DNA from: an uncultured Granulosicoccaceae bacterium
GTDB lineage: Bacteria; Pseudomonadota; Gammaproteobacteria; Granulosicoccales; Granulosicoccaceae
Length of the DNA: 64,000 bases
Direction: 5' to 3'
Assembly (NCBI GenBank): GCA_964646405.1
Contig: CAZYDV010000003.1
Coordinates: 1-64,000, forward strand
Part shown: in pieces, positions 10,640 to 19,089 of the stretch
Numbering within the stretch: the first letter of the stretch is position 1
Layout of the letters: every line of letters starts with the position of its first letter
Position numbers and translations under genes: made by a program
The notes under the pieces: model-generated
Told to the model about the DNA's origin: nothing
Database searches by the model: none
Seen by the model: the letters and a program-made list of their open reading frames with translations, nothing else

Positions 10640-10866
10640 TCCGCCCCCTGATTAAACAACACAGCTTAACAAGCACCCACACTGTGAACGAACGACAAAC
10701 AACAACTTCTGTCATCAACACCAAGCGGCATGCTATACGCCTGCCCGCAGGTGTCGATAGCTATGCACCGGCGAGCTTCGCCTGTGTAGAGCGCATTGGT
10801 AGAATCGAAAAAACATAAATTCGTAGCACAGTGATTCGCTGGCTACGTGGCCAGCTGGAACAAAAA

Positions 10867-10899
10867 GCCCCGGTTGGTCTGCAACCGGGGCTTTTTTTT
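10867..10899 (+). terminator. Rho-independent terminator (bidirectional-looking)
   Basis: GCCCCGGTT / AACCGGGGC stem with a 7-nt loop, followed by T8 and preceded by an A5 run. Confidence 0.8.
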
Positions 10900-11035
10900 G
10901 TGTGAAGTTTTTTACACAGCCCCACAACCGAGTGCATTGGCAACACTTTTCTTAGCGGCGCAGTTTCTGAGCGACTGCCCTGTGCACACGGGTTTCCCGG
11001 CGATGTGTATACAAAGAACTGTCGAGTCAATACAC

Positions 11036-11107
11036 ACCGAGTTAGCTCAATGGTAGAGCATCAGACTATAGATCTGACGGTTACGGGTTCGACTCCTGTA
11101 CTCGCGT
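11036..11107 (+). tRNA. Degenerate tRNA-like element (pseudo-tRNA; anticodon loop CUAUAGA)
   Basis: Full cloverleaf: D-stem GCTC/GAGC, anticodon stem TCAGA/TCTGA, T-arm ACGGG-TTCGACT-CCTGT. Acceptor pairs 1-72 (A.G) and 2-71 (C.C) are mismatched, there is no encoded CCA, and the anticodon AUA/UAU is non-canonical. Confidence 0.45.
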
Positions 11108-11446
11108 CTTCCCTTACACGGAAACGCCACGCCCATGAAAAGGCTCAACTTGGTGACATCGGCTGGAAACAGCCGGATAGAGAGACTCCGGTGGCAATGC
11201 CATCTGCCTGGAAGGCTCGCCAACCAGATCAGATCGCACGGCCACAGCATTGGCAACGTCTGCGTGGTGATAAAGAGCCCTTGCCAACCATCAGTGATAA
11301 GCGGTTAAACACTGTTGGTCCGCGATGGCCCGCTTCACCACCCACTTTGCGGGTGTGGGGTCTCACTATTTTTAACGCGTACCGGATAGGCCGGCACGAG
11401 TAGTACCTGTTCCCGAACAGGCTAATATTGAGAGGAGTAAAGTAAA

Positions 11447-12583
11447 ATGAAAATCCGGACTGTCATCGCTCCGACCGAACGCGGACTGATGATAAGGGAC
11501 AAGGCCATTGTCGATATTCTTGCGCCGGGCGTTTATTGGCAGGCGCCGGTGCTCGGCAATCGTATTGATGTGGTATCGATTGCGATCGCCCATTGCACTG
11601 ATGCGCAGGTAATGGCCCTGGTCAAAACCAATCCGGAACTGGCGGGCCGTTACTTCATCGTGGCGGATCTGAGCGACGATGAAGTGGGCATTGTATACCA
11701 GGACAACAAGCTGGTAGATATACTGCCGCCCGGTTCAACCGCCATTTACTGGCGCGGACTGGTCAACACTCGTGTCGACGCGATTGACACCACGCGGATC
11801 CGCGAAGTGGACGGCAAGCTTGCGCGTACCATTGGGCGGTCGGGCGTGATGGCCAAACGGGCGGCAGCACTGGGTGCGGTGCTGGGTGTTGATGTACAGC
11901 CACGGCAGGTTGGATTTCTGTACGAAAACGGCGTGCGTGTGGCGATGCTAGATCCCGGTTACTACCTGTACTGGAAGTTCAATCGCAAGTTGACTGCAAA
12001 GGTGATGACCACCCAGATGGTACTCACCGAGGTTGCCGGTCAGGAAATACTGACCAGAGACCGAGTGAGCCTGCGGCTGAACCTGTCAGCTATCTACCAG
12101 GTGACCGATCCGGCCAGGGCCGAAGATGCGTTGAACGACATCGATGCCTATGTCTACCGCGAATTGCAACTGGCATTGCGACGAGCAGTCGGCAACCAGA
12201 CGCTGGATCAGCTGTTGGCAGACAAGGCTGCACTGGATACCGCCATTGCACAGGATGTGAGCGGTCGTCTGTCAGAAGCCGGGCTGGCATTGCAGAGTGC
12301 AGGGGTTAAGGACGTGATTTTGCCGGGTGATATGAAAGATATTCTGAACCAGGTAGTCGCTGCCGAGAAATCTGCACAAGCCAACAACATCAGGCGACGG
12401 GAAGAGACGGCAGCCACGCGCTCGCTGTTGAACACTGCGAAACTGATGGCCGATAACCCGGTGCTGGTGCGCCTGAAAGAGCTGGAAGCACTGGAAAGAG
12501 TGACCGGCAACATCGACAGGCTCACCGTATTCGGTGGCATGGATAGCGTGATGACGGATCTTGTGAAAATCGCAGAATCCTGA
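11447..12583 (+). CDS. SPFH / band-7 (stomatin-prohibitin-flotillin-HflKC) domain protein
   Basis: 378 aa with good RBS GAGAGGAG. The C-terminal half shows the SPFH signature and coiled-coil (..VKDVILPGDMKDILNQVVAAEKSAQANNIRRREE..RLKELEALERV). Confidence 0.75.
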   Translation: MKIRTVIAPTERGLMIRDKAIVDILAPGVYWQAPVLGNRIDVVSIAIAHCTDAQVMALVKTNPELAGRYFIVADLSDDEVGIVYQDNKLVDILPPGSTAIYWRGLVNTRVDAIDTTRIREVDGKLARTIGRSGVMAKRAAALGAVLGVDVQPRQVGFLYENGVRVAMLDPGYYLYWKFNRKLTAKVMTTQMVLTEVAGQEILTRDRVSLRLNLSAIYQVTDPARAEDALNDIDAYVYRELQLALRRAVGNQTLDQLLADKAALDTAIAQDVSGRLSEAGLALQSAGVKDVILPGDMKDILNQVVAAEKSAQANNIRRREETAATRSLLNTAKLMADNPVLVRLKELEALERVTGNIDRLTVFGGMDSVMTDLVKIAES

Positions 12584-12629
12584 AGCATATTGCCACCACA
12601 AATGACAAACATCTATTGACTGAAAGTAA

Positions 12630-12649
12630 CCCCGGTCATGCGACCGGGG
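12630..12649 (+). promoter_or_regulatory. Intergenic stem-loop between SPFH gene and rtcB
   Basis: Perfect 8-bp stem CCCCGGTC / GACCGGGG with loop ATGC and no U-tract. It sits in the 90-nt gap between the two genes. Confidence 0.4.
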
Positions 12650-12673
12650 CAATGAAGTCACAGGACGATAGCT

Positions 12674-13870
12674 ATGCCTATTCAGAATATTATTACCAAG
12701 GGCAAAGTCCCGGTAAACATATACACCGACGATATCGATCACAGTGCCTACGATCAGTTGTCGAAAATGGCACAGCTGCCATTCATTCACAGCCATATCG
12801 CCGCCATGCCCGACGTACACCGCGGAATCGGAGCAACGGTAGGATCAGTTATCCCTACACGCGGCGCGATCATTCCCGCTGCTGTGGGCGTCGATATTGG
12901 TTGCGGCATGAACGCGGTGCGGTTATCGATCACAGCCGATCAATTGCCCGACAACCTGAAACCCGTTCGCCACGCGATCGAGGATGCCGTGCCCGTGGGA
13001 TTTGCAATGCACAAAACGATTAAGGCGCGGCGCTCCACATTAAACGTACTGGATGGCGGACTGGAGGCGATCCTGGCCAGCCATCCGAGTATCGGCAAGA
13101 TGGTGAAACAGTTGTCGCGTACCTGGTCGCAGCAGGTGGGAACACTGGGCGGAGGCAATCACTTTATCGAGTTGTGCCTCGATGAAAACGACGACGTGTG
13201 GATCATGCTGCATTCAGGCAGTCGCGGAATCGGCAATGTGATCGGGCGCTACTTCATTCAGCTCGCGCGCAAAGATATGCAACGCCTGCAACGCAATCTG
13301 CCCGATCGCGATCTCGCCTACTTCGACGAGGGCACTGAAAATTTCGACGATTACGTTTTTGCTGTGCACTGGGCTCAGGACTACGCGATGTGGAATCGCC
13401 GTGAAATGATGCGTCTGATAGTCGATGCACTGAAAGGCGTACTGCCGGACTTCACCGTGACCAAAGAGGCGATCAACTGCCACCACAATTACGTGGCAGT
13501 GGAAAATCACTTTGGCGCGGATGTCTACCTGACCCGCAAGGGCGCGATCAGTGCTCGCGAAGGCGAGCTTGGCATCATTCCGGGCAGCATGGGTGCGAAG
13601 TCCTACATCGTAAAGGGCCTGGGGGATGCGAAATCCTTTTGCTCCTGCTCGCACGGCGCTGGTCGCACAATGAGCCGCACCGCTGCAAAAAAGGCCTTTG
13701 ATACACACGACCTGAAAGCTCAGACCGATGGGGTGGAATGTCGCAAGGACGCCGGCGTCATCGACGAGATTCCCGGCGCCTACAAAGACATCGATACCGT
13801 GATGGAGAACCAGCGCGACCTGGTAGACATCGTCCACACCCTCAAGCAGCTGGTCTGCGTGAAGGGCTGA
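12674..13870 (+). CDS. rtcB: RNA-splicing ligase RtcB (3'-phosphate/5'-OH RNA ligase)
   Basis: 398 aa, the normal bacterial RtcB size. Overall RtcB-family similarity by eye; no RtcB-specific motif was checked against a reference. RBS AGGACGA precedes the ATG. Confidence 0.85.
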   Translation: MPIQNIITKGKVPVNIYTDDIDHSAYDQLSKMAQLPFIHSHIAAMPDVHRGIGATVGSVIPTRGAIIPAAVGVDIGCGMNAVRLSITADQLPDNLKPVRHAIEDAVPVGFAMHKTIKARRSTLNVLDGGLEAILASHPSIGKMVKQLSRTWSQQVGTLGGGNHFIELCLDENDDVWIMLHSGSRGIGNVIGRYFIQLARKDMQRLQRNLPDRDLAYFDEGTENFDDYVFAVHWAQDYAMWNRREMMRLIVDALKGVLPDFTVTKEAINCHHNYVAVENHFGADVYLTRKGAISAREGELGIIPGSMGAKSYIVKGLGDAKSFCSCSHGAGRTMSRTAAKKAFDTHDLKAQTDGVECRKDAGVIDEIPGAYKDIDTVMENQRDLVDIVHTLKQLVCVKG

Positions 13871-14240
13871 ATCGTTGCCACATCAGTATCGCAGGCTCGC
13901 GCCGCCGCCAACCGGGCTGTGGCACGCGTTTGCGATGGCTCTGGGTCCGCCGACGATTCGATTCCCCTCCCCGGCCCAACCCCGCAGACACCAATCGATC
14001 CGGACACCCTGACTACCGACAGGTAAAACGATCGGTTGCATCCGCATTTGTATCAGCACTACGCGAGTGTCTGCCTACCACGGTGTGGCCAATACCTTGA
14101 CCAACCTGCACCCGTTCGACTATGGTACCGCCACGAAAGCGCAGGTGATTTTCTCAACGCTCAATACAGCGCGGCTGCTAGTCAATCCGCAAACAGCAAC
14201 AGGATCCCGCATGCGCTAACCGGGCTGAGGCAATGATGGG

Positions 14241-14465
14241 TCAGTCAGCCAGACCGGAATAGGTTCTGCCTTTGTCGTCCAGCGTGGATAGCTCTGGATA
14301 TAACTCTCGGCAATCAGTAAATACCGCGAGGACATCGTATTTCTTCCGGATCTCGGCGATGTGCTTTTCTGCATAGGTTTCGCATACTTTCGCATCCGGA
14401 TAGGGGCCATATTCGAAAGCAGTAGCACCGTTAAACAGCTGGACGATCAGCACCAGGTTATACAT
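14241..14465 (-). CDS. Small hypothetical protein (74 aa)
   Basis: The ORF was trimmed to the Met with RBS GAGAGG (MYNLVLIVQLFNGATAFEYGPYPD...). No recognisable family. Confidence 0.4.
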   Translation of the reverse strand: MYNLVLIVQLFNGATAFEYGPYPDAKVCETYAEKHIAEIRKKYDVLAVFTDCRELYPELSTLDDKGRTYSGLAD

Positions 14466-14702
14466 GGGGAAAGACCTCTCTACACACGGCTGGGAAACCT
14501 TAGCAACAATCGTTGCAGACAACACAGTGCTGCTTTTGCACACCGGCGATGCAAAAACAATACCCGGCACCTATACCAGCGTCTATGACCCGGTTAGACA
14601 ACTACAAATGGGGGATAACTCGGCAGACTGCTATTGCGCCCGGTTCTCTATTTGGGATATAGCACATGGTTACTTTTTTAAACTACCGCTAGAACGTGAA
14701 TC

Positions 14703-15629
14703 ATGACTGACGAATTCCTGGACAGAGTCAAACAGCTATTTGAGCAACAACAATATGCCGAGGCTATCCGCGAATGGGGCACCGATACGTCCAACAGCCA
14801 CGAATTTAAACACAACGCCTACGCCGACTATATCTATCGGGCCAATGACGTCATCGTTACCACCTATCCGAAAAGCGGCACAACCTGGATGAAACAAATC
14901 GCCGTACAAATCGGCTATCTTGGCGAAGGGGAATACAACCATATCGACGACGTCGTACCCTGGCCGGATAAACTAGTTCCACAAGAGGGCCCTGAGTTAA
15001 ACGATATCAGTGGCCTGACTGATTCCCCAACTGGCATCCACGTAATCAAAAGCCATCTCGAGGCTGACTACGTACCCTTCGAATCTGGTGCAAAGTGCAT
15101 CTGCGTGATCAGAGACCCAAAGGATACGTTGGTATCAGTGGTGCATTTTGAAAACGGATTCAACCGGCTGCTATTCGATCACACGATTCCGGTGAAAGAA
15201 TGGGTGGCAGCATTTCAGACCGAACAGTTTATCTATCAACCCTGGGCCATGCTGACAGACAGTTGGTGGAAACTCCGGGATCGCGACAACGTACTGGTCA
15301 TGTTCTACGAAGACATGAAAAGAGATCCTCAAAACGCTGTCACGCAAGTTGCTGAATTTCTCGGCGTCGAACTCACAACAGAGCAATTTGGCAAGGTGTT
15401 GGAAAAAAGCAGTTTCAGCTACATGAAAGCGAATGACAGCAAATTTGCCCCACCCGCCTGGGATGCCGGCCACGTTCCAATGGTACGCAGCGGTCAGAGT
15501 GGTAATTCGAAGGAACTACTCTCAACACAGGATCAAAGCCAGATCGACGACTTCTGTATACGGGAGCTCGAAAAGCTGGGCTCAGATTTTCCCTATCAGG
15601 CGTTGTACGCATTAAATACAGCAGGCTAG
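14703..15629 (+). CDS. Sulfotransferase family protein (PAPS-dependent)
   Basis: 5'-PSB motif YPKSGTTWMKQI and 3'-PB motif RDPKDTLVSVV, typical of the Sulfotransfer_1 family. Confidence 0.8.
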   Translation: MTDEFLDRVKQLFEQQQYAEAIREWGTDTSNSHEFKHNAYADYIYRANDVIVTTYPKSGTTWMKQIAVQIGYLGEGEYNHIDDVVPWPDKLVPQEGPELNDISGLTDSPTGIHVIKSHLEADYVPFESGAKCICVIRDPKDTLVSVVHFENGFNRLLFDHTIPVKEWVAAFQTEQFIYQPWAMLTDSWWKLRDRDNVLVMFYEDMKRDPQNAVTQVAEFLGVELTTEQFGKVLEKSSFSYMKANDSKFAPPAWDAGHVPMVRSGQSGNSKELLSTQDQSQIDDFCIRELEKLGSDFPYQALYALNTAG

Positions 15630-15636
15630 GTTCCAC

Positions 15637-15891
15637 ATGCACGACGAATCGGTGATAGCGCAGAAGATGCTTTCATTGCTGAAACAACGGGGTGCTGAGA
15701 AATCGATCTGTCCAAGCGAAATTGCCAGAGCACTAGCCGACGATTCGAACTGGCGCTCATTGATGGTGCCCGTCAGAGCGGTTGCTCGCAAGTTAGCGCG
15801 GCAGGGTAATGTGGTTATCACACAGCGTGGTAAGCCTGTCGAACCCGACAACTTTAAAGGACCGGTTCGCATAAGCCTGCGTCAACCGTAA
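15637..15891 (+). CDS. DUF3253 domain protein
   Basis: 84 aa. Its pattern (..ICPSEIARAL..WR.LM.PVR.VAR.LA..G.V.I.Q.GKPV.P..FKGPVRI) matches the DUF3253 family. Confidence 0.6.
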   Translation: MHDESVIAQKMLSLLKQRGAEKSICPSEIARALADDSNWRSLMVPVRAVARKLARQGNVVITQRGKPVEPDNFKGPVRISLRQP

Positions 15892-15910
15892 CCACCTTGC
15901 CCATCCAACA

Positions 15911-16035
15911 GCGAACATCCAGATACCGTGTACCGGAACCAGTCCGGTATGACGTAAGCACGTTATGATGGCAACGCGACATGGACGCGCAAGCGGCGCC
16001 CACAACAAGGTAACCCGACGCGTGTGCGAGGCGAA
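15911..16035. repeat. Copy 1 of a ~125-bp tandemly duplicated intergenic element
   Basis: About 85% identical to 16126-16251, with a shared 50-nt perfect core (GGACGCGCAAGCGGCGCCCACAACAAGGTAACCCGACGCGTG). Copy 1 has a perfect hairpin TACCGGA-ACCAG-TCCGGTA at 15931-15949. Confidence 0.8.
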
Positions 16036-16125
16036 TTCCCGGCCATCAAGTCAATGGAATCTGAATCCTGATCTGCGTTGACAGAACTCGCTGAAACCAC
16101 TGTGCCCCCGTTTGCGAACATCTAT

Positions 16126-16251
16126 GCGAACATCTGGATACCCGCGTACCGGAGCCAGTCCAGCATGACGCAAGCACGGTATGACGGCAAGGCGATGTGG
16201 ACGCGCAAGCGGCGCCCACAACAAGGTAACCCGACGCGTGAGCGAGGCGAA
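16126..16251. repeat. Copy 2 of the ~125-bp tandemly duplicated element
   Basis: See copy 1. A 12-nt GCGAACATCT micro-duplication lies just before it. Confidence 0.8.
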
Positions 16252-16270
16252 CAACCATTCCGCCAGATCC

Positions 16271-17260
16271 CTAAAATCTGGCGTCACCAAAGTTGGCAGA
16301 GAAAATATCGCACCAGACACTAACACCATCGAAGTCATCCAGCGTCAGATCATCGGGCAGCGTCACACGAATCGTCTCGTTATCATACACCCGGCCATTG
16401 AGCTGCGGTCCGATCAGCCGCCCACCGGCACTGCTTCGGTAGTTTCCACCGACACCAGTATAGAAAAACACGGATGGGCCGCCGCCATCGTAGCCGAAGT
16501 TACTGATCTCAAGCGTTCGATTGTCCAGCACCGTCAGCGTGCCGTTGATGTCATGGGCGAAATTGCTGAATTCGGCTGACACGCCAACCAGAGGATGATC
16601 GGCTGCATTGTCGGTATTGTCCACGGCAGGTGGCTGAGTATTATCGACTGTGGGGCGCTGCTGTATCCCCTCACCGAACAGTGTCTCCTGAAAGTGATCC
16701 AGCGCGGTTTCGCCGTCGATCAGGCTGGTGCTGACAGAGCCACTGTTGGCGACCAGATTGATCACCGACTGATCAAAATTTGCCGAGGCAAAGTCCACGT
16801 TCAGACCAAACGCATTTGACGTAGCCTCGTTCGAGATCTCGATGCCATTGACAGGATCGCCATCCACATCCAATGTCTGCAACAATCGCGTCAGGTTGAT
16901 TACCCGTGCATCGGCGATGTCGTCGGTGGAGAATACGTCCAACGGCGTCACGAGCGCTTGCGCAGCGATGGGTGGCAATGAGATATCGCCAATAGAAAAC
17001 GTAATGCTCTCACCTGCACTGTAGCTGAAGCCACCGCTTTCGTCTGTCACTCCCCAGGCCGTATTAGTTCTAAACGACAGGCCAGAGACCGCAGAGTCGA
17101 CAAACCGACCATTCAACATTCCCTCAGCTTCCGGGCTTTCCTGGTCTCTGGTTTCGTCCTCAGCACCGGCGCCGGAACCTCCGCCGCCACCGCCACAGCC
17201 CGCCAGGGCGAGCGCAATTGTCAGGCTCAGTGATAATTTCACGATTCGCATGTGTTGCAC
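16271..17260 (-). CDS. DM13 domain lipoprotein
   Basis: Signal peptide plus LAGCGGGGGG lipobox and Gly-rich linker. The C-terminal ~100 aa resemble the DM13 domain (..GTLTVLDNRTLEISNFGYDGGGPSVFFY..). Confidence 0.6.
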   Translation of the reverse strand: MQHMRIVKLSLSLTIALALAGCGGGGGGSGAGAEDETRDQESPEAEGMLNGRFVDSAVSGLSFRTNTAWGVTDESGGFSYSAGESITFSIGDISLPPIAAQALVTPLDVFSTDDIADARVINLTRLLQTLDVDGDPVNGIEISNEATSNAFGLNVDFASANFDQSVINLVANSGSVSTSLIDGETALDHFQETLFGEGIQQRPTVDNTQPPAVDNTDNAADHPLVGVSAEFSNFAHDINGTLTVLDNRTLEISNFGYDGGGPSVFFYTGVGGNYRSSAGGRLIGPQLNGRVYDNETIRVTLPDDLTLDDFDGVSVWCDIFSANFGDARF

Positions 17261-17309
17261 ACCTTAATTGAGTTTTTTCTATGAAGAAGCAGGGAAATAG
17301 TTACAGAAA

Positions 17310-18140
17310 TCAAAAGCTGTAACTCAGACTGAGCGTTGCGATGTTGCTGTCGGCGACGTTCTTGCCATCTATCACCGATGCCAGTGTCAGACCCAGCCCA
17401 ACGCCGTTGGCCAACCCATAGTTGGCGCCGAAAATCACCCAGTTGGAGTCACGATCGGTTTCGGCAAACTGTTCGAAACTAAAATCCGGATCGTCTATAT
17501 CCACCGAGCTATTGGTACGAATGCCCGCTGCCGAAAGCGACAGACCCAGCCCTTCGACCGGTGTGGTGTAGTACAGGCTTGCAAGAAATTTGAAACCATC
17601 GGCTACACCATTGTCTCGCTGGCGATAGGTCAGGTCGCCAAAAGTGGCAAATCCATTCGACAACGACTTGCCGACCAGCAGACTGAGGTCGATGCCGGAC
17701 CCACCATCACCAATCGCATGAGTGATGTTGGTGTCGTAGTCCCCACCGACTGTATAGGCGATACGGCCCGACACAGTCGGAGTACCGTCGTCCAGCTCGA
17801 ATTCATTGAGAAACTGATAGGTGACACCAAACGTTGTATCGGCGATGTCGCTCTGTTCGTCCGGGTTATCGTCGAAGTTCGTGCGCGCGTAGCCTGTGCG
17901 AAAGTCGAAAGCCCAGATATCGTCGTATCCACGGCTCGCGTTCAGCCACAAGTAGGTGCCCTCCAAATCCCCCATCAGATCAATACTGTTTTCGCCAATG
18001 AAAAATCGGTCGGTAGAACCGGAGACCACATCCACGCGGAGCGTCGTCTCTTCGTGGCCCAGCAACCAGGGCGAGCCGTCGGCCAGACACGCGCCGGAAG
18101 CAAACAGCGCGCAGACGATAATTGGAGTTTTTTTCATCAT
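17310..18140 (-). CDS. Outer-membrane beta-barrel protein (MipA/OmpV-like)
   Basis: Signal peptide (MMKKTPIIVCALFASGACLA), alternating amphipathic beta-strand pattern, and terminal ...LSLSYSF with C-terminal Phe. Confidence 0.6.
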   Translation of the reverse strand: MMKKTPIIVCALFASGACLADGSPWLLGHEETTLRVDVVSGSTDRFFIGENSIDLMGDLEGTYLWLNASRGYDDIWAFDFRTGYARTNFDDNPDEQSDIADTTFGVTYQFLNEFELDDGTPTVSGRIAYTVGGDYDTNITHAIGDGGSGIDLSLLVGKSLSNGFATFGDLTYRQRDNGVADGFKFLASLYYTTPVEGLGLSLSAAGIRTNSSVDIDDPDFSFEQFAETDRDSNWVIFGANYGLANGVGLGLTLASVIDGKNVADSNIATLSLSYSF

Positions 18141-18180
18141 CAGGATCAAATCGTTCGATAAGTGAAATTCAGCGTCAGAC

Positions 18181-19038
18181 TTATTCACCACAGCTGGCCT
18201 CTTCATGGCAGTAACCGTTTAATGACCAATCGTATTCGTATTTCGGCAGGCCGGTAGCGGACGTCAGGCGCTGGGCAGCAGGTTCTGGCAGATGTTGCGA
18301 AAGTGTCGCCAGCACTTGCGGCAGGTTTTGACCGAAATCACCGGCATACCACTTAAAAAGGGAAGACAAATAGAGCGTGTCGCCGTCGAACCGAGCGGCG
18401 CGCTTGTGTTCCATGAAATCCGCCGCCGCCTCGTCGAGCTGTGTATCAAGTGTGGCGGCATCAAATGCCACGGGCGCAAGATCGGGACAGCCTATGCTGG
18501 CACAGTTGACTGCAAAATGAATTCGATAGTCATCGTACAGCGGCCGAATAATTCGGTGCTCAATATCATTGAGTGACAGATCGATTCCGTTTATCGCCAC
18601 TGCCTGATCATCCCACGGACCAAAACGGGTCACGTTGGAGCCAAGCGTTGTGATACTCGATACCGGATAGTTGCGAAGGATGAGCTGCACCGTCAGGGCG
18701 TTGTACAGATTGATCCAGAAAGCTTTTTGCGTGCTGCGGTTAAGCGTCAATGGGTCAATCGCTGCAAGCATCGCGATATACTCGTCGAGCGATTCATAGC
18801 CATCGTCTAAAAGCCCCTCATAGTCAAAGAGATTGACCCCGGACTCCGTCTCAACGACGAGATAGTCGTCGAGTAACTGCTGCCAGCCCGCATGATCAAC
18901 CTGGGCATCACTGCCCGCATCAAAGGCGCCAAAGCGCGTATCGAGCACCGGCGGGCTGGAAGGGCGCACATGCAGCAGGTATACCGCAGCGAACAGCAGC
19001 AGCGGAATCAGCGACGCGATCAGGATCCGACTACGCAT
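18181..19038 (-). CDS. DUF547 domain protein
   Basis: N-terminal TM/signal segment. It has the DUF547 hallmark ..KAFWINLYNALTVQLIL... with the conserved Cys pair. Confidence 0.7.
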   Translation of the reverse strand: MRSRILIASLIPLLLFAAVYLLHVRPSSPPVLDTRFGAFDAGSDAQVDHAGWQQLLDDYLVVETESGVNLFDYEGLLDDGYESLDEYIAMLAAIDPLTLNRSTQKAFWINLYNALTVQLILRNYPVSSITTLGSNVTRFGPWDDQAVAINGIDLSLNDIEHRIIRPLYDDYRIHFAVNCASIGCPDLAPVAFDAATLDTQLDEAAADFMEHKRAARFDGDTLYLSSLFKWYAGDFGQNLPQVLATLSQHLPEPAAQRLTSATGLPKYEYDWSLNGYCHEEASCGE

Positions 19039-19089
19039 GAGATTCTCCGCGCCCTGTCATCTGCCTGTCGCTAACTGCGATGCAGCGAG

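Noticed and set aside
10612-10818. 68-aa ORF starting at the promoter as a protein-coding gene
   Set aside because: The ORF begins inside the -35 element, so a transcript from this promoter could not include its start. There is no RBS and the composition is odd (Thr/His-rich, low complexity). A noncoding transcript is the better interpretation.
11036-11107. Calling the tRNA-like element a functional tRNA-Ile(UAU) or tRNA-Tyr
   Set aside because: Two terminal acceptor pairs are mismatched and the anticodon AUA is not a natural bacterial anticodon. It is kept as a pseudo-tRNA / tRNA-like element only.
15911-16251. Possible CRISPR array or a small basic peptide gene within the tandem repeats
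   Set aside because: There are only two long (~125 bp) imperfect copies, no short spacer-repeat periodicity and no cas genes. The 38-aa basic ORF (MMATRHGRASG...) and the antisense 'LWAPLARP' ORFs show only non-synonymous differences between copies. A noncoding element is therefore favoured over a coding one.
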